In this document: in pieces, positions 1 to 10,232 of the stretch
Layout of the letters: each line of letters opens with the position of its first letter
Position numbering within the stretch: position 1 is the stretch's first letter
IMG/VR virus record: IMGVR_UViG_3300043427_001796
DNA: 64,000 nt
Origin: a virus
Strand: one strand, 5' to 3'
The notes under the pieces: model-generated
What the model was told of the DNA's origin: nothing
The model's database searches: none
Seen by the model: the letters and a program-made list of their open reading frames with translations, nothing else
Made by a program: the position numbers and the translations under genes

Positions 1-18
1 TGCTCCCCCCTCCTACCA
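1..18 (+). tRNA. probable 3' end of a tRNA truncated by the window edge
   Basis: Ends in ...CCTACCA immediately before the tRNA-Ala gene; identity cannot be determined. Confidence 0.4.
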
Positions 19-21
19 CAA

Positions 22-94
22 GGGGAATTAACTCAGTTGGTAGAGTATCTGCTTTGCAAGCAGGCTGTCAGCGGTTCAAGTCCGCTATTCTCCA
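22..94 (+). tRNA. tRNA-Ala(TGC)
   Basis: Acceptor stem GGGGAAT/ATTCTCC with G3:U70, D arm, anticodon arm TCTGC-TT-TGC-AA-GCAGG, T loop GGTTCAAGTCC. Confidence 0.96.
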
Positions 95-142
95 TGGGTA
101 GTTTGCGCCGGAAAGATAAACCGGAATGCCGCTACCCTTTAA

Positions 143-214
143 TCCTCTGTAGCTCAGCGGTAGAGCGAGCGGCTGTTAACCGCTTGGTCGCAAGTTCGAT
201 CCTTGCCGGGGGAG
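143..214 (+). tRNA. tRNA-Asn(GTT)
   Basis: Acceptor TCCTCTG/CGGGGGA, anticodon arm AGCGG-CT-GTT-AA-CCGCT, T loop GTTCGATCC. Confidence 0.96.
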
Positions 215-230
215 TTGTTAACAATTTATT

Positions 231-404
231 ATGAAAATTAATCTTTGGTATTGCGAATCTTTTAAAGAATGGAGATGGACTTTAACTGATGATCATCGTC
301 CTATTGTAAAACAGGAATCTGGTAGCAGACCTTTTTTGAGAGACGCTATGAATGATATCGCAAACACTGTAGAATACATGATATCATCTCAGCAAAATAT
401 TTGA
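231..404 (+). CDS. small hypothetical cyanophage protein (57 aa, MKINLWYCESFKEWRWTLTD...)
   Basis: Hand-translated ORF below the track cutoff; fills the gap between the tRNA and the late promoter. Confidence 0.75.
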   Translation: MKINLWYCESFKEWRWTLTDDHRPIVKQESGSRPFLRDAMNDIANTVEYMISSQQNI

Positions 405-410
405 CACTGG

Positions 411-418
411 TATAAATA
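411..418 (+). promoter_or_regulatory. T4-type late promoter TATAAATA
   Basis: Exact gp55 consensus about 30 nt upstream of the 3259-aa structural gene. Confidence 0.85.
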
Positions 419-449
419 ACTCAGAAGAATTACCAGTAGCGCAATAATT

Positions 450-3400
450 ATGTCTCTTACAAGACTTGATAATCTGTATTCCAGCAAAACTGGAAAGTAT
501 CTGTATGTCTCTCCCGACGACTTTAACGCTACGGATACATTAGATAACAGAGGAAACTCACCACTCCGTCCATTCAAGACCATTCAAAGAGCATTCTTAG
601 AAGTATCTCGCTTCTCATATCAGCCTGGTGCTAATAATGATCGTTTTGATCAATTCAGCATCATGCTTATGCCTGGTGATCACTATATTGATAATAGACC
701 AGGACTAGTTAATTACAGTATCAATGGTAGTAATCAAAATAAAAATAGATATTACGATGCTGGTAATTTAATTGAATTAAACAGAGAATTTATTGCAAAT
801 GAAGCATATGCAAAGATGCTCAATGCAAATCCTGGATTTCTACCATCTACTGGAACCGTAGAAAATTTTATTAATAATGTTGCTGAAGTAATTGACTCGA
901 TCATTTACAATATTAAATTTGGCGGCAACGATAAAACTTTTGATGCATCTTTAGTATATCAAGATAACGCCACTTTATTTCAAAATGAACAGGCAGAATT
1001 ATTAGAAATTTATGAAAATGCAGCTGAAATTGCTACCTCAATAATTAAGCAAGAAATTATTATAACGTTATATCAAACTACATACACACAATCTTTCGAC
1101 CCATCAATTTCTGTGGGACCATCTGAATCCGGAGCAACGACACCGGATATTCCTTATGGTCAATTAGAAACATGTGCTGATGTTACAAGTGATTTAAATA
1201 CATTATTTGATATTATTGCTTCTGGTATTAATCAAATTTTAGATTTAGGTGATCGCACAGAACCAGAAACTTTTGGTGAACTTCCTATCTTTAATTTTAA
1301 CCAGGCAACTGGACAGTGGGAAGATAATTCCATCATAGATTTAAGAAGTCCAGACAATATCTATTGGAAGTTCAATGCTTCTACTGGTGGTGCAATTGTT
1401 CCTAGAGGTTGCTCACTGGTTGGATATGATCTTCGTAGAACTATTGTAAGACCACTCTATGTTCCTGATCCATCTGATGGAACACAAGAAAGAACATCAA
1501 TATTTAATTTAACTGGTGGTTGTTATATTTGGCAGTTTACAATTAAAGACGGAGACCTCTCTTCAAATTCTCCATTGTATGATTCTGCCGATAAAGTTGG
1601 TAAAGTATATTACCAAAAAGGAAATGTTACTAATTTAGCTGTTCCTGAATATTCACACCACAAAATCTGCATTATGGAATATGCAGAAAATTTTGAATTA
1701 GATGCTTATTATAAAAAAGTTGCCGTTGCGTTTTCAAAATATCAACCAACTATTGATGATCCTGGTGAATTTGATGTATTGGTTCAGGAAAATAGAATTG
1801 TTGGACCTCTTTCGGATACAACTTTTATCGAAAGTATTAAACCAGTAGATACCAACTTAGGTGAACCCAATCAAAAATTAGTATTAAATGTAACAACTAA
1901 AGTTAATCATGGTTATTTTAAGGATCAGTATGTTGCAGTATTAAATCTTGGTTTAGACGAAGAGTTAAACGGCACATTTAAAGTAGCAAGCATTGATGCT
2001 AATAATCCCAAAGTATTCACTTACGAAATTCCTGGAAAGGTAGCAGCTGGATTAGGACTTACAAATAATGCTGTATATACATCAGGTTCCTCACTCAATT
2101 CAAATGCTGTAGTTCAAGCTGAAATTGACTCTGTTGAATCTGCATCTCCATATGTATTCAACTGTTCGATTCGTTCGATCTGGGGTCTATGCGGTATGTG
2201 GGCAAATGGATCCAAGTCAACTGGATTTAGATCCATGGTTGTCGCTCAATATACTGGTGTATCCCTGCAGAAAGACGATAGAGCATTCATTCGCTACGAT
2301 GAATTTACTAACACTTGGAATCAAGCATCGTTAACAGATGCCTTTGCTTCTGTTCCTTATCATGCAAAGGGCGATTCTTACTGGAAGGATGAATGGAGAA
2401 ACTTCCACATTCGTGCTTCAGATGATGCATTCGTTCAGTGTGTGTCTGTGTTTGCTGTGGGATTCTTTGACCACTTCTTGATGGAATCTGGTGGCGACAT
2501 GTCCATCACCAACTCCAACTCAAACTTCGGTAACACTTCACTTCACTCTGTAGGTCATAAAGGATACTCATTTAACCAGGATAAGGGTGGATATATTACT
2601 CATATTATCCCACCTCAGCAAATTGTTGGTGGATATCGCCCTACTATTTTTGGTGATTCTATTAATTCAACTGAAATTCCATACTATCCAATTGATGTTC
2701 CAACTTCAAACGATCCTGGTAATTTTACTCGTCTTTACTTAGGAACCAACGAAGCATATGATCCATCTAAAAAACCAGCCTCAACATTAAGTGGATACCG
2801 ACTTGGTGCTAGACCGGGAGAAAAATTATATGTTGAATTGGAACCAATTACTCCAGGTGGAAATAATTTATTTGAAGCAACTTTAACTCCAACAGGAATT
2901 GAAACGTATAATGTTTCTGTAAATTTCTTAAATCCTACTGGAATTACCATTAATCAGAGAGCACAGGATGCTTCTAATTTAATTGGATATAATAAACAAT
3001 TCATTCAAGATGAAGTGTATGGATATATTACCGCAAAATATCCCGATCTTTTGAATAATTCAAATATTGACATCCTTACATGTAAAAGAGATATTGGTTA
3101 TTATGTAGATGCTGTAGTTAAAGATTTGAGACTTGGGGGAAATGTTAATAGCGTTCAGACAGCAGAAGGATATTTTTCTGCAAATGAATTAATTTACATT
3201 GAAAATGAGTTAAGTGAAACAATTGATGCTCTTGGCGTAACAAAAGATTTTTGCCTCGCAGCAATGCGTAACTGGAATTACCTACTGACTGGATGCAAAA
3301 CTGAAACAAGCAGTAGTATTATTGAAGTCCCATCAACAAAGGGATTAGTTGTTGGTATGAAGGTTACTTCATACTCTTCTTACGATTCATTAACTCAGAC

Positions 3401-6400
3401 GGAACCAACTGGATCTCCAACTGCAACAATTCCACCCGGTTCTTATATTAGATCTATTATTGATGATACAAATATTGAAATTGGCGTAAAAGGATCTTAT
3501 AATTTTGGCGTGGATCCAGGTCAATATTTTAATCCATCCTCACAAACTAAGGTAGCAACACAGGAGTTAACTGGTGCAATTCTTTATTTTACATTAAGAG
3601 ACGAAACTGAATTTACATCATATCCAAATGGACCTGTTGCCGTAAGAGATGGTATTTTCTCAACTGAAAGAACTATCTATGATGATACTATCCCTAAAGA
3701 TACAGTTAATGTATTAAATAATGAAACTGAATACGACGACATTGAAACAATTATTGATGGATATTTTGTAGACATTACAAGTATTTTATCTTCAGATCCA
3801 GAAAATGCTGGTGTCGATAAAATTGAACCAACTACAGACTTCTCGGTTCTTTCTAGGAGAGCAACACTCTTCACTATAGTTGGTGGACAAGCTCACCAAA
3901 TGGAAACAGGAACAGCTGTTCGTCTTTCTCCAAAACCTGCTCCAGGAACTAATCCAGATCCTAGAGTTATTCGCCTACCAAAAGGATTTAATACTAATAC
4001 AACATATTATGTAATTGCTCCAGGAAGAAAAACTTCTCCGGAAGATTTCTCAAGCACCACAATTTTCGATGGATCTGATCAACAGGTCTTCTTACTTGCA
4101 ACAACTTTAGAAAATGCAAAAGCAGGTAATTATATTTACTCTCCAGAAACTGATTCAATAAATCCTGATGTAGTAATTGAAGTAAACAAATATATTTTAG
4201 ATGCACAATATGATTTATATCAATATATAACTTCTGTATCTACAGATGCAGGAACTGGTGTATTAAAAACTTCAGTCTCACACTCATTTGATATTCCTTC
4301 TGACTCTATTGATCCAATTGATCACCAAAAAGTATTCTTTAGACCAATTAATGGATCAAATTTACCTGTAAGAACTATTTCTGTTGCTGGTGTAACTACT
4401 CAAGTAACTTTAGATCCCCAAGATGAATTTTGGGTTAGATATTATAGTCCAAATGAATTTACAATTTATACATCATACGATGATTCCAAAAATGATGTAA
4501 ATCGTGTTGTTTTAAATGGAAATCTTACATTTTTAACATATTCAAATAAGAGATTTTCTCCACTGAGATTTGAACCAAAACCAACTAGTAATCAATCTGT
4601 CAGAAATTCAACTGGACAGTGGTATTTACGTTGTGTGGACGAAATTAGTGATGAAGATAATGAAAATACAAATCATATTTTGTATAGATTTAATTCTGGC
4701 AATGTATATTCCGGACCAAATCCTGGAGAGGTCAGGACATCCGATACATTCTTTGAAAGAGTTAATGATGATAGAATTAAAGAAGATAGAATTTACAAAC
4801 TTAGATATGTAATTCCAAAATATCTAGAGACAGTTAGAGATCCATTAAATGGATTTGTATTAAAAATCAGAACAGACAACAAACGAAGATTATTACCACA
4901 AAAAATTGTACTCAAACCAATTATTTCCGATAGTCACTTAGAGGAAGCTGGGTATTCTTCTTCGTCAATTGCCAAATTTTTAAATAATTCTGGCATAAAT
5001 CCAGATTTTGATAATACAGATGAGCAAATTGGTTGGGATAGAAAAACATATGGGAGTATTATAGAACCTAAATATGATCCATATAGTAATCCAAAAGTTG
5101 TAGAGACTAAAAACGGAAAAATTGCTTTTACTATTCAATCAGCAAAAATTATTTCCCAAGATAATGGAAGCGGAACAAACTTTAGTTACTTAGAAGTTGT
5201 TGCTTTTGACCACACTATTTTAAATCAAGCAATTAAGAATGAAAAATTTACAATAGTTAAAATTGAACCCCCACAGGGTTCAGTTGGAATTTTCTCCGCA
5301 AATGCCACTTCAAATACCAATGGAAATTTAATTCAATGGTCTGGGCATAGTTCTGGCACTGGTTATTTACACGGATATTTTACAACATCTGATAAACCAT
5401 TTACATCAAGTTCTGTAACTAATCAAGATCATTATTTAATAATTAAAAATATTACTGATGGTGAAATCAATTTCAGTAAAATAAATCAAACGACGTTTTT
5501 CCAGGGAGGTTCTACACCTCTTGGATCTACAGTGTTTGCAAAACTTCTAGCAAAACCAGATAGCGTGGGTGATGCAAATGGAAATAGTAAGTCATTAAAG
5601 AGTGATTATCTTTACTCCCTTAAAGGATCAAATGTATTCACTCTAGTGCCCGGCGACATTGTTTCCGATGACACTGGAGCAGAATTTTATATTGATAGTG
5701 TAGAAGATGTTGGAGAAATTGAAGATACATTCTACATTTTTGATATTGAAGAAATTAAGGAAAGAATTCCCGGACAACAAGATGGTATTTACTATCTAAC
5801 TTGTCTGAAAGGAAATGTTTCTCCGTTCCCAACAGGTCCAGGTGTTGGAAATAATTTCAGAAACTTTAAATTCTCGCAACCAGTAGCATACATTTATCCA
5901 CAAAATTACAAAGATGATCCTTTATGGTATGAAAAATTAGATTCTGATTATTATGGTGATGAAATTAATGATCCTCCAGCATCATACTCTGCTGCCGATA
6001 ATTATGTTCATGGATTAGTTACTGTTAACAACTCAAAATTCAGTTCCACGAAGGAAGCAGTAACATTTTTAGTTAATAGTCCAGCACTTAATGAATATGA
6101 ATATGATGAATATGTTGATGTTGCTCCAGAATATTCTGTTGACGCTAGATTGAGGGCACAAGTTGGAAATGCTGAATCTGGATCTGAAGATAGACTCATT
6201 CCAATTAGAGGAACCTCGCTGTTTCCAACAGAAGAAAGACTCTATGTAGAACTTCGTAGACCATCTATTGCTCGTTCTGGAAACCACACCTTTGAGTATC
6301 TTGGATTTGGTCCTGGTAACTACTCAACTGGTTTCCCACTACGTCAGGAAGTTATTCTTACTGATAAGCAAGACTTCTATGCTCAGGCAAAGAGAGAGGA

Positions 6401-9400
6401 TGGTGGTATCGTATTCTACACTGGATTAAACTCCAATGGAGACCTTTACATCGGTAACAAGAAGATTAATGGTATTACTGGTGAAGAATCATTCTTAGAA
6501 TCTGCAGAATTAGTTGGATTTGGCGAAGAAGATGATGATCTTGGATCTGCTTTGGTAACTACGTTTACTTCACCAGTTACATTTAGAGAAAAAATTACTG
6601 TTAAAGGAACTGCGGATTTTTCACAACCAGTTACAATAAGAGTTCAACCAAATGATGCCAAAGAACCAGTTGCTGCTCTGTCAATTCTAAGTCTAGTTGA
6701 TCCAAGTGTTCTTGGTGAAGATCCAACATTAGATAGAACTGCATTTCCGGATGAAAAATTAGGGGATATTCGTTTATCGAAAAATAGAATTAATTCTGCA
6801 ATATTTGCAATTAATCCTAGAGGAAATGGTGCATCGGGAGCTTCTGGTCAAGATTATTCAATCAGGACTCACTATAATTTCCAGGAAAGTGGGGGATCTC
6901 CATCAAATACAACTCCAGAGCAATCTCCGGAAATTTATTCACCTACAAATTTAAATTCAAATAAACTATTTTCAGATCAAGATGTTTATTATGGAAATAC
7001 TGGAAATCAACCTATCCCCGGTGATATACTATTTAAAGGTAAAGAAGTAGGTAAATCCGGATCTTTAGGTTGGATTTATGCCAATACTTTTGAAATTATT
7101 CCAAATTCATTGATTCAAACTGTAGCAACTCCAAAAATTAATGATGCAACATTAAATTTAGAAGTTGGAACTGGTGGCGGAGAAGGATACACTGCAACTA
7201 ATCTGATTCGTTTAATCTGGTCTGTATCTGGTGGAGTTGGTGGATCTCCCATCACAAATAGAGAATTAAATCTATCATATGGTCTTACTTTAGATTCTAT
7301 TATTCGCACCATTAATGTTGATGGTCAAGAATTGGAACAAAGATTTAATGGAAGATTTACAATTCACGAAGATACTTGGGATATTGATGGCGAATTTATT
7401 GATATTGAAGTCAATGGATTAGTTACATTTGATTTAGTAGAAAATTGGAATGCGGTTGGAATTGGACAGGGTGCTCAAGTATCTGTTACCAATTCAAACT
7501 GGAAAGAACTGGGAGTTATTGGTTCTGAATCAATTAGAACCTTTACTTCAACACTTGGAGATTATAGAGTAGGCATTAACACAGTTGCTAGATCACCTCA
7601 TAGTGCCTACAGTAACTCTTATGTTGACTCGGCAACAACTGATCCTAGAGCAAATCTTGACGTTGTTGGTAATGTTTTTATTACTGGTAAGGCAGTTCCT
7701 GATTATAGAAGTCAGTCTAATCCTTCTAATAGAGTTGCACAATCATTAAATAATGCATTTGTCCTTGGTTACAATTTCCTCAATTCTACTGATACTTTAA
7801 TTTCGCAAAATGCTGCTACATTCAGAATAGCAACTACAGATGCAACAACACCTGGCACTACTTATCAAAGTGGCGGCAGAGTTGGAATCAACACTCAATT
7901 GAGCGACCTTGATAGAAATTTTGTAGTCAAAGGAAATGCTAGAATTACTGGAGACTTCTTATTTGAAAATGATATTGACATTAATGGAGGAGGTGGAACT
8001 AACACTGCTGATGTAAGAACTAGTATTACTACTGGAACTTTCAATTTCATCTCAAATAGTGGATTTGTTGGAACAGCAAATCTTACAACTTGGGCAGAAG
8101 TAGTTAATTTTGCCAGCAGAGCTTCTACAATCGCAATTGGTAATGTTGAATCCACAACTCAGGTTATCAATATTGGTAATCTTGCTGCCACACAAACAAT
8201 TGATATTGGAAATACCTCGGATACATTCACTATTACGCTAGGAAACGCTAGCACAACTTCTGCAGTATCTAGAGTTAATATTGGTGGAGCATACAGCAGA
8301 AATCAATCATTGAGCTTTACCACAATAAAGACAAAGCAAACCAATATTTGGGGAGATCTGTCAATTGGATTAAACAAAGCATTTAGTGATACATTAGATG
8401 TTACTGGATCTGCTGGCACTGTTAATTTCTTTAGTAATTCTGGAGCAACCTCAACATTAAATTTTGCAACAAACGCAGCACTTGTTACTATGGGTGCTCA
8501 GGGTGGAACAACAACTATCCGCAATAGTTTGACGGTTGATGCAACTCTAAGTGTAAAAGGAAATTCTATAGTTGTTGGTGGAACAGCAGCATTTTCATTT
8601 AATGCAACACGATCTAGATTGGGATCAACTCAGACAACACATACAGGAACACCATCCGGCATTCCTGCTGATAAAAATGTTGATTTTGTTATAATTACAA
8701 CTACTACAAATGTGTTGGATACTGCTGGTGCAGGAACTTGGGGAGGAACTTTCTTCCAGCAAGCAATTCCTACCTATACAGCAGATGATGGGACAGCACT
8801 TGCTGCTTTAACTGGAAATCAATACTATTTACCAATTGTTAATGCACCAGTTGGTATTTCGGAAGGAAATGATCTTTTAATTGATACTGCAGTTTCTGGT
8901 TCTAGTCACCCTGAAATTGTTAGAGTTTCTATAGGAGGATTGAGAAGAGTTAATGCTTCTCCATATTATCTTATTGTTGAGAGACAACCATACGGAACAT
9001 TCTTACCTACAAGAACTGATCACCCAGACGCAACTACAATTAGAAAAGTAATTACGTCATTTGATAGCACTTGGTTAACTTCTAACGTTGACGGAACTGG
9101 AACAACCGATGTAGTCTCTCTTGCTGAATTTGGTGGAGAACTATCACAAGGAAGTTACTTATTCCTGTCTAGAAATACTTCTGGAACTACAGGAGAAGCT
9201 ATATTAGTTGGAGCATCCACATCAGCAATTAATAAAAAGTTTCAGGTTTATAACGGTGCAAACGTCTTAAAATTTGAAATTGATACAATTACTGGTGCTA
9301 CCTTAATTAGTGATAATATTACTAATGGAGGATTGACGGTTTATGGACCAATTGATTTTAATGGATCTTTAAATGTTGACGGAAATGCAACATTTAATAC

Positions 9401-10229
9401 GCCAAATAATTTAACTATAAATGGCGGAAACTTCATCATTAACGATTCTGCAGGAACTTCCAATAAATTAACGCTTACTAATTCTACTGGAAATCTGTTT
9501 ATTTCTGGCGACCTGACAGTTGCTGGAAATGACATTAGTTCAAGCACAAATGTTGCTTTAACTTTATCTGGCGCAAATGTTACTGTTGCTGGAGATCTAC
9601 AGATCAATGGAAATGATATTAAATCCAGCACTGGTGCTACAGTTCTTAGTCTTAGTGCTAATGATGCAACATTTGCTGATAATGTAACAATTGGGGGAGA
9701 CCTAACATTAGATGGTGGCGACTTTACTATTAATTCTGGTGGTATCGAAAAATTTGCTATTAACTCTACTGGATCTATTGATTTTGCCGGAATCACTAAT
9801 TACATTACAAATACTGGAGGATTTAAGTGGGTATTCATTAGCACTGATTCAAATAGTGAAGCATCAATTGGACCAAGTGAACTTTTAAAATCAAATACAA
9901 ATTATTTCGTTAGACCTTCTGGATCCAATGCTGCCTTGATATTAAAACTACCAACAACAGCACAAACTGGAGATATGATTAGAATCGTTGACGTTGGAGG
10001 AAGTTTAAAATATAATACACAATTGGTTCTCAGAGCACCATCTGGTGTTGCAATACAGGGAGATACAACAGGAACAAATATTGGTCTTACTTCAGGAATA
10101 TATAGTGGTGGGGAATTAATTATTAATACGCCAAATGCTGCATTTGGACTTATCTACGCAGGTGCTACTGATGGAGATGGTAATTCAATTCCATCTTCAA
10201 ACAGAGGGTGGCATTTAATGGAGATTTGA
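450..10229 (+). CDS. giant virion structural / tail-fibre-like protein (3259 aa) with two phycobiliprotein-like helical domains and C-terminal beta-helix repeats
   Basis: Long ORF under a late promoter; N-terminal YLYVSPDD...GNSPLRPFKTIQRA typical of cyanomyovirus structural proteins; G/T/S-rich C-terminus with GDLTVAGND-type repeats. Confidence 0.85.
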   Translation: MSLTRLDNLYSSKTGKYLYVSPDDFNATDTLDNRGNSPLRPFKTIQRAFLEVSRFSYQPGANNDRFDQFSIMLMPGDHYIDNRPGLVNYSINGSNQNKNRYYDAGNLIELNREFIANEAYAKMLNANPGFLPSTGTVENFINNVAEVIDSIIYNIKFGGNDKTFDASLVYQDNATLFQNEQAELLEIYENAAEIATSIIKQEIIITLYQTTYTQSFDPSISVGPSESGATTPDIPYGQLETCADVTSDLNTLFDIIASGINQILDLGDRTEPETFGELPIFNFNQATGQWEDNSIIDLRSPDNIYWKFNASTGGAIVPRGCSLVGYDLRRTIVRPLYVPDPSDGTQERTSIFNLTGGCYIWQFTIKDGDLSSNSPLYDSADKVGKVYYQKGNVTNLAVPEYSHHKICIMEYAENFELDAYYKKVAVAFSKYQPTIDDPGEFDVLVQENRIVGPLSDTTFIESIKPVDTNLGEPNQKLVLNVTTKVNHGYFKDQYVAVLNLGLDEELNGTFKVASIDANNPKVFTYEIPGKVAAGLGLTNNAVYTSGSSLNSNAVVQAEIDSVESASPYVFNCSIRSIWGLCGMWANGSKSTGFRSMVVAQYTGVSLQKDDRAFIRYDEFTNTWNQASLTDAFASVPYHAKGDSYWKDEWRNFHIRASDDAFVQCVSVFAVGFFDHFLMESGGDMSITNSNSNFGNTSLHSVGHKGYSFNQDKGGYITHIIPPQQIVGGYRPTIFGDSINSTEIPYYPIDVPTSNDPGNFTRLYLGTNEAYDPSKKPASTLSGYRLGARPGEKLYVELEPITPGGNNLFEATLTPTGIETYNVSVNFLNPTGITINQRAQDASNLIGYNKQFIQDEVYGYITAKYPDLLNNSNIDILTCKRDIGYYVDAVVKDLRLGGNVNSVQTAEGYFSANELIYIENELSETIDALGVTKDFCLAAMRNWNYLLTGCKTETSSSIIEVPSTKGLVVGMKVTSYSSYDSLTQTEPTGSPTATIPPGSYIRSIIDDTNIEIGVKGSYNFGVDPGQYFNPSSQTKVATQELTGAILYFTLRDETEFTSYPNGPVAVRDGIFSTERTIYDDTIPKDTVNVLNNETEYDDIETIIDGYFVDITSILSSDPENAGVDKIEPTTDFSVLSRRATLFTIVGGQAHQMETGTAVRLSPKPAPGTNPDPRVIRLPKGFNTNTTYYVIAPGRKTSPEDFSSTTIFDGSDQQVFLLATTLENAKAGNYIYSPETDSINPDVVIEVNKYILDAQYDLYQYITSVSTDAGTGVLKTSVSHSFDIPSDSIDPIDHQKVFFRPINGSNLPVRTISVAGVTTQVTLDPQDEFWVRYYSPNEFTIYTSYDDSKNDVNRVVLNGNLTFLTYSNKRFSPLRFEPKPTSNQSVRNSTGQWYLRCVDEISDEDNENTNHILYRFNSGNVYSGPNPGEVRTSDTFFERVNDDRIKEDRIYKLRYVIPKYLETVRDPLNGFVLKIRTDNKRRLLPQKIVLKPIISDSHLEEAGYSSSSIAKFLNNSGINPDFDNTDEQIGWDRKTYGSIIEPKYDPYSNPKVVETKNGKIAFTIQSAKIISQDNGSGTNFSYLEVVAFDHTILNQAIKNEKFTIVKIEPPQGSVGIFSANATSNTNGNLIQWSGHSSGTGYLHGYFTTSDKPFTSSSVTNQDHYLIIKNITDGEINFSKINQTTFFQGGSTPLGSTVFAKLLAKPDSVGDANGNSKSLKSDYLYSLKGSNVFTLVPGDIVSDDTGAEFYIDSVEDVGEIEDTFYIFDIEEIKERIPGQQDGIYYLTCLKGNVSPFPTGPGVGNNFRNFKFSQPVAYIYPQNYKDDPLWYEKLDSDYYGDEINDPPASYSAADNYVHGLVTVNNSKFSSTKEAVTFLVNSPALNEYEYDEYVDVAPEYSVDARLRAQVGNAESGSEDRLIPIRGTSLFPTEERLYVELRRPSIARSGNHTFEYLGFGPGNYSTGFPLRQEVILTDKQDFYAQAKREDGGIVFYTGLNSNGDLYIGNKKINGITGEESFLESAELVGFGEEDDDLGSALVTTFTSPVTFREKITVKGTADFSQPVTIRVQPNDAKEPVAALSILSLVDPSVLGEDPTLDRTAFPDEKLGDIRLSKNRINSAIFAINPRGNGASGASGQDYSIRTHYNFQESGGSPSNTTPEQSPEIYSPTNLNSNKLFSDQDVYYGNTGNQPIPGDILFKGKEVGKSGSLGWIYANTFEIIPNSLIQTVATPKINDATLNLEVGTGGGEGYTATNLIRLIWSVSGGVGGSPITNRELNLSYGLTLDSIIRTINVDGQELEQRFNGRFTIHEDTWDIDGEFIDIEVNGLVTFDLVENWNAVGIGQGAQVSVTNSNWKELGVIGSESIRTFTSTLGDYRVGINTVARSPHSAYSNSYVDSATTDPRANLDVVGNVFITGKAVPDYRSQSNPSNRVAQSLNNAFVLGYNFLNSTDTLISQNAATFRIATTDATTPGTTYQSGGRVGINTQLSDLDRNFVVKGNARITGDFLFENDIDINGGGGTNTADVRTSITTGTFNFISNSGFVGTANLTTWAEVVNFASRASTIAIGNVESTTQVINIGNLAATQTIDIGNTSDTFTITLGNASTTSAVSRVNIGGAYSRNQSLSFTTIKTKQTNIWGDLSIGLNKAFSDTLDVTGSAGTVNFFSNSGATSTLNFATNAALVTMGAQGGTTTIRNSLTVDATLSVKGNSIVVGGTAAFSFNATRSRLGSTQTTHTGTPSGIPADKNVDFVIITTTTNVLDTAGAGTWGGTFFQQAIPTYTADDGTALAALTGNQYYLPIVNAPVGISEGNDLLIDTAVSGSSHPEIVRVSIGGLRRVNASPYYLIVERQPYGTFLPTRTDHPDATTIRKVITSFDSTWLTSNVDGTGTTDVVSLAEFGGELSQGSYLFLSRNTSGTTGEAILVGASTSAINKKFQVYNGANVLKFEIDTITGATLISDNITNGGLTVYGPIDFNGSLNVDGNATFNTPNNLTINGGNFIINDSAGTSNKLTLTNSTGNLFISGDLTVAGNDISSSTNVALTLSGANVTVAGDLQINGNDIKSSTGATVLSLSANDATFADNVTIGGDLTLDGGDFTINSGGIEKFAINSTGSIDFAGITNYITNTGGFKWVFISTDSNSEASIGPSELLKSNTNYFVRPSGSNAALILKLPTTAQTGDMIRIVDVGGSLKYNTQLVLRAPSGVAIQGDTTGTNIGLTSGIYSGGELIINTPNAAFGLIYAGATDGDGNSIPSSNRGWHLMEI

Positions 10230-10232
10230 TAA

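Noticed and set aside
37-234. 65-aa ORF in the track
   Set aside because: Overlaps two intact tRNA genes
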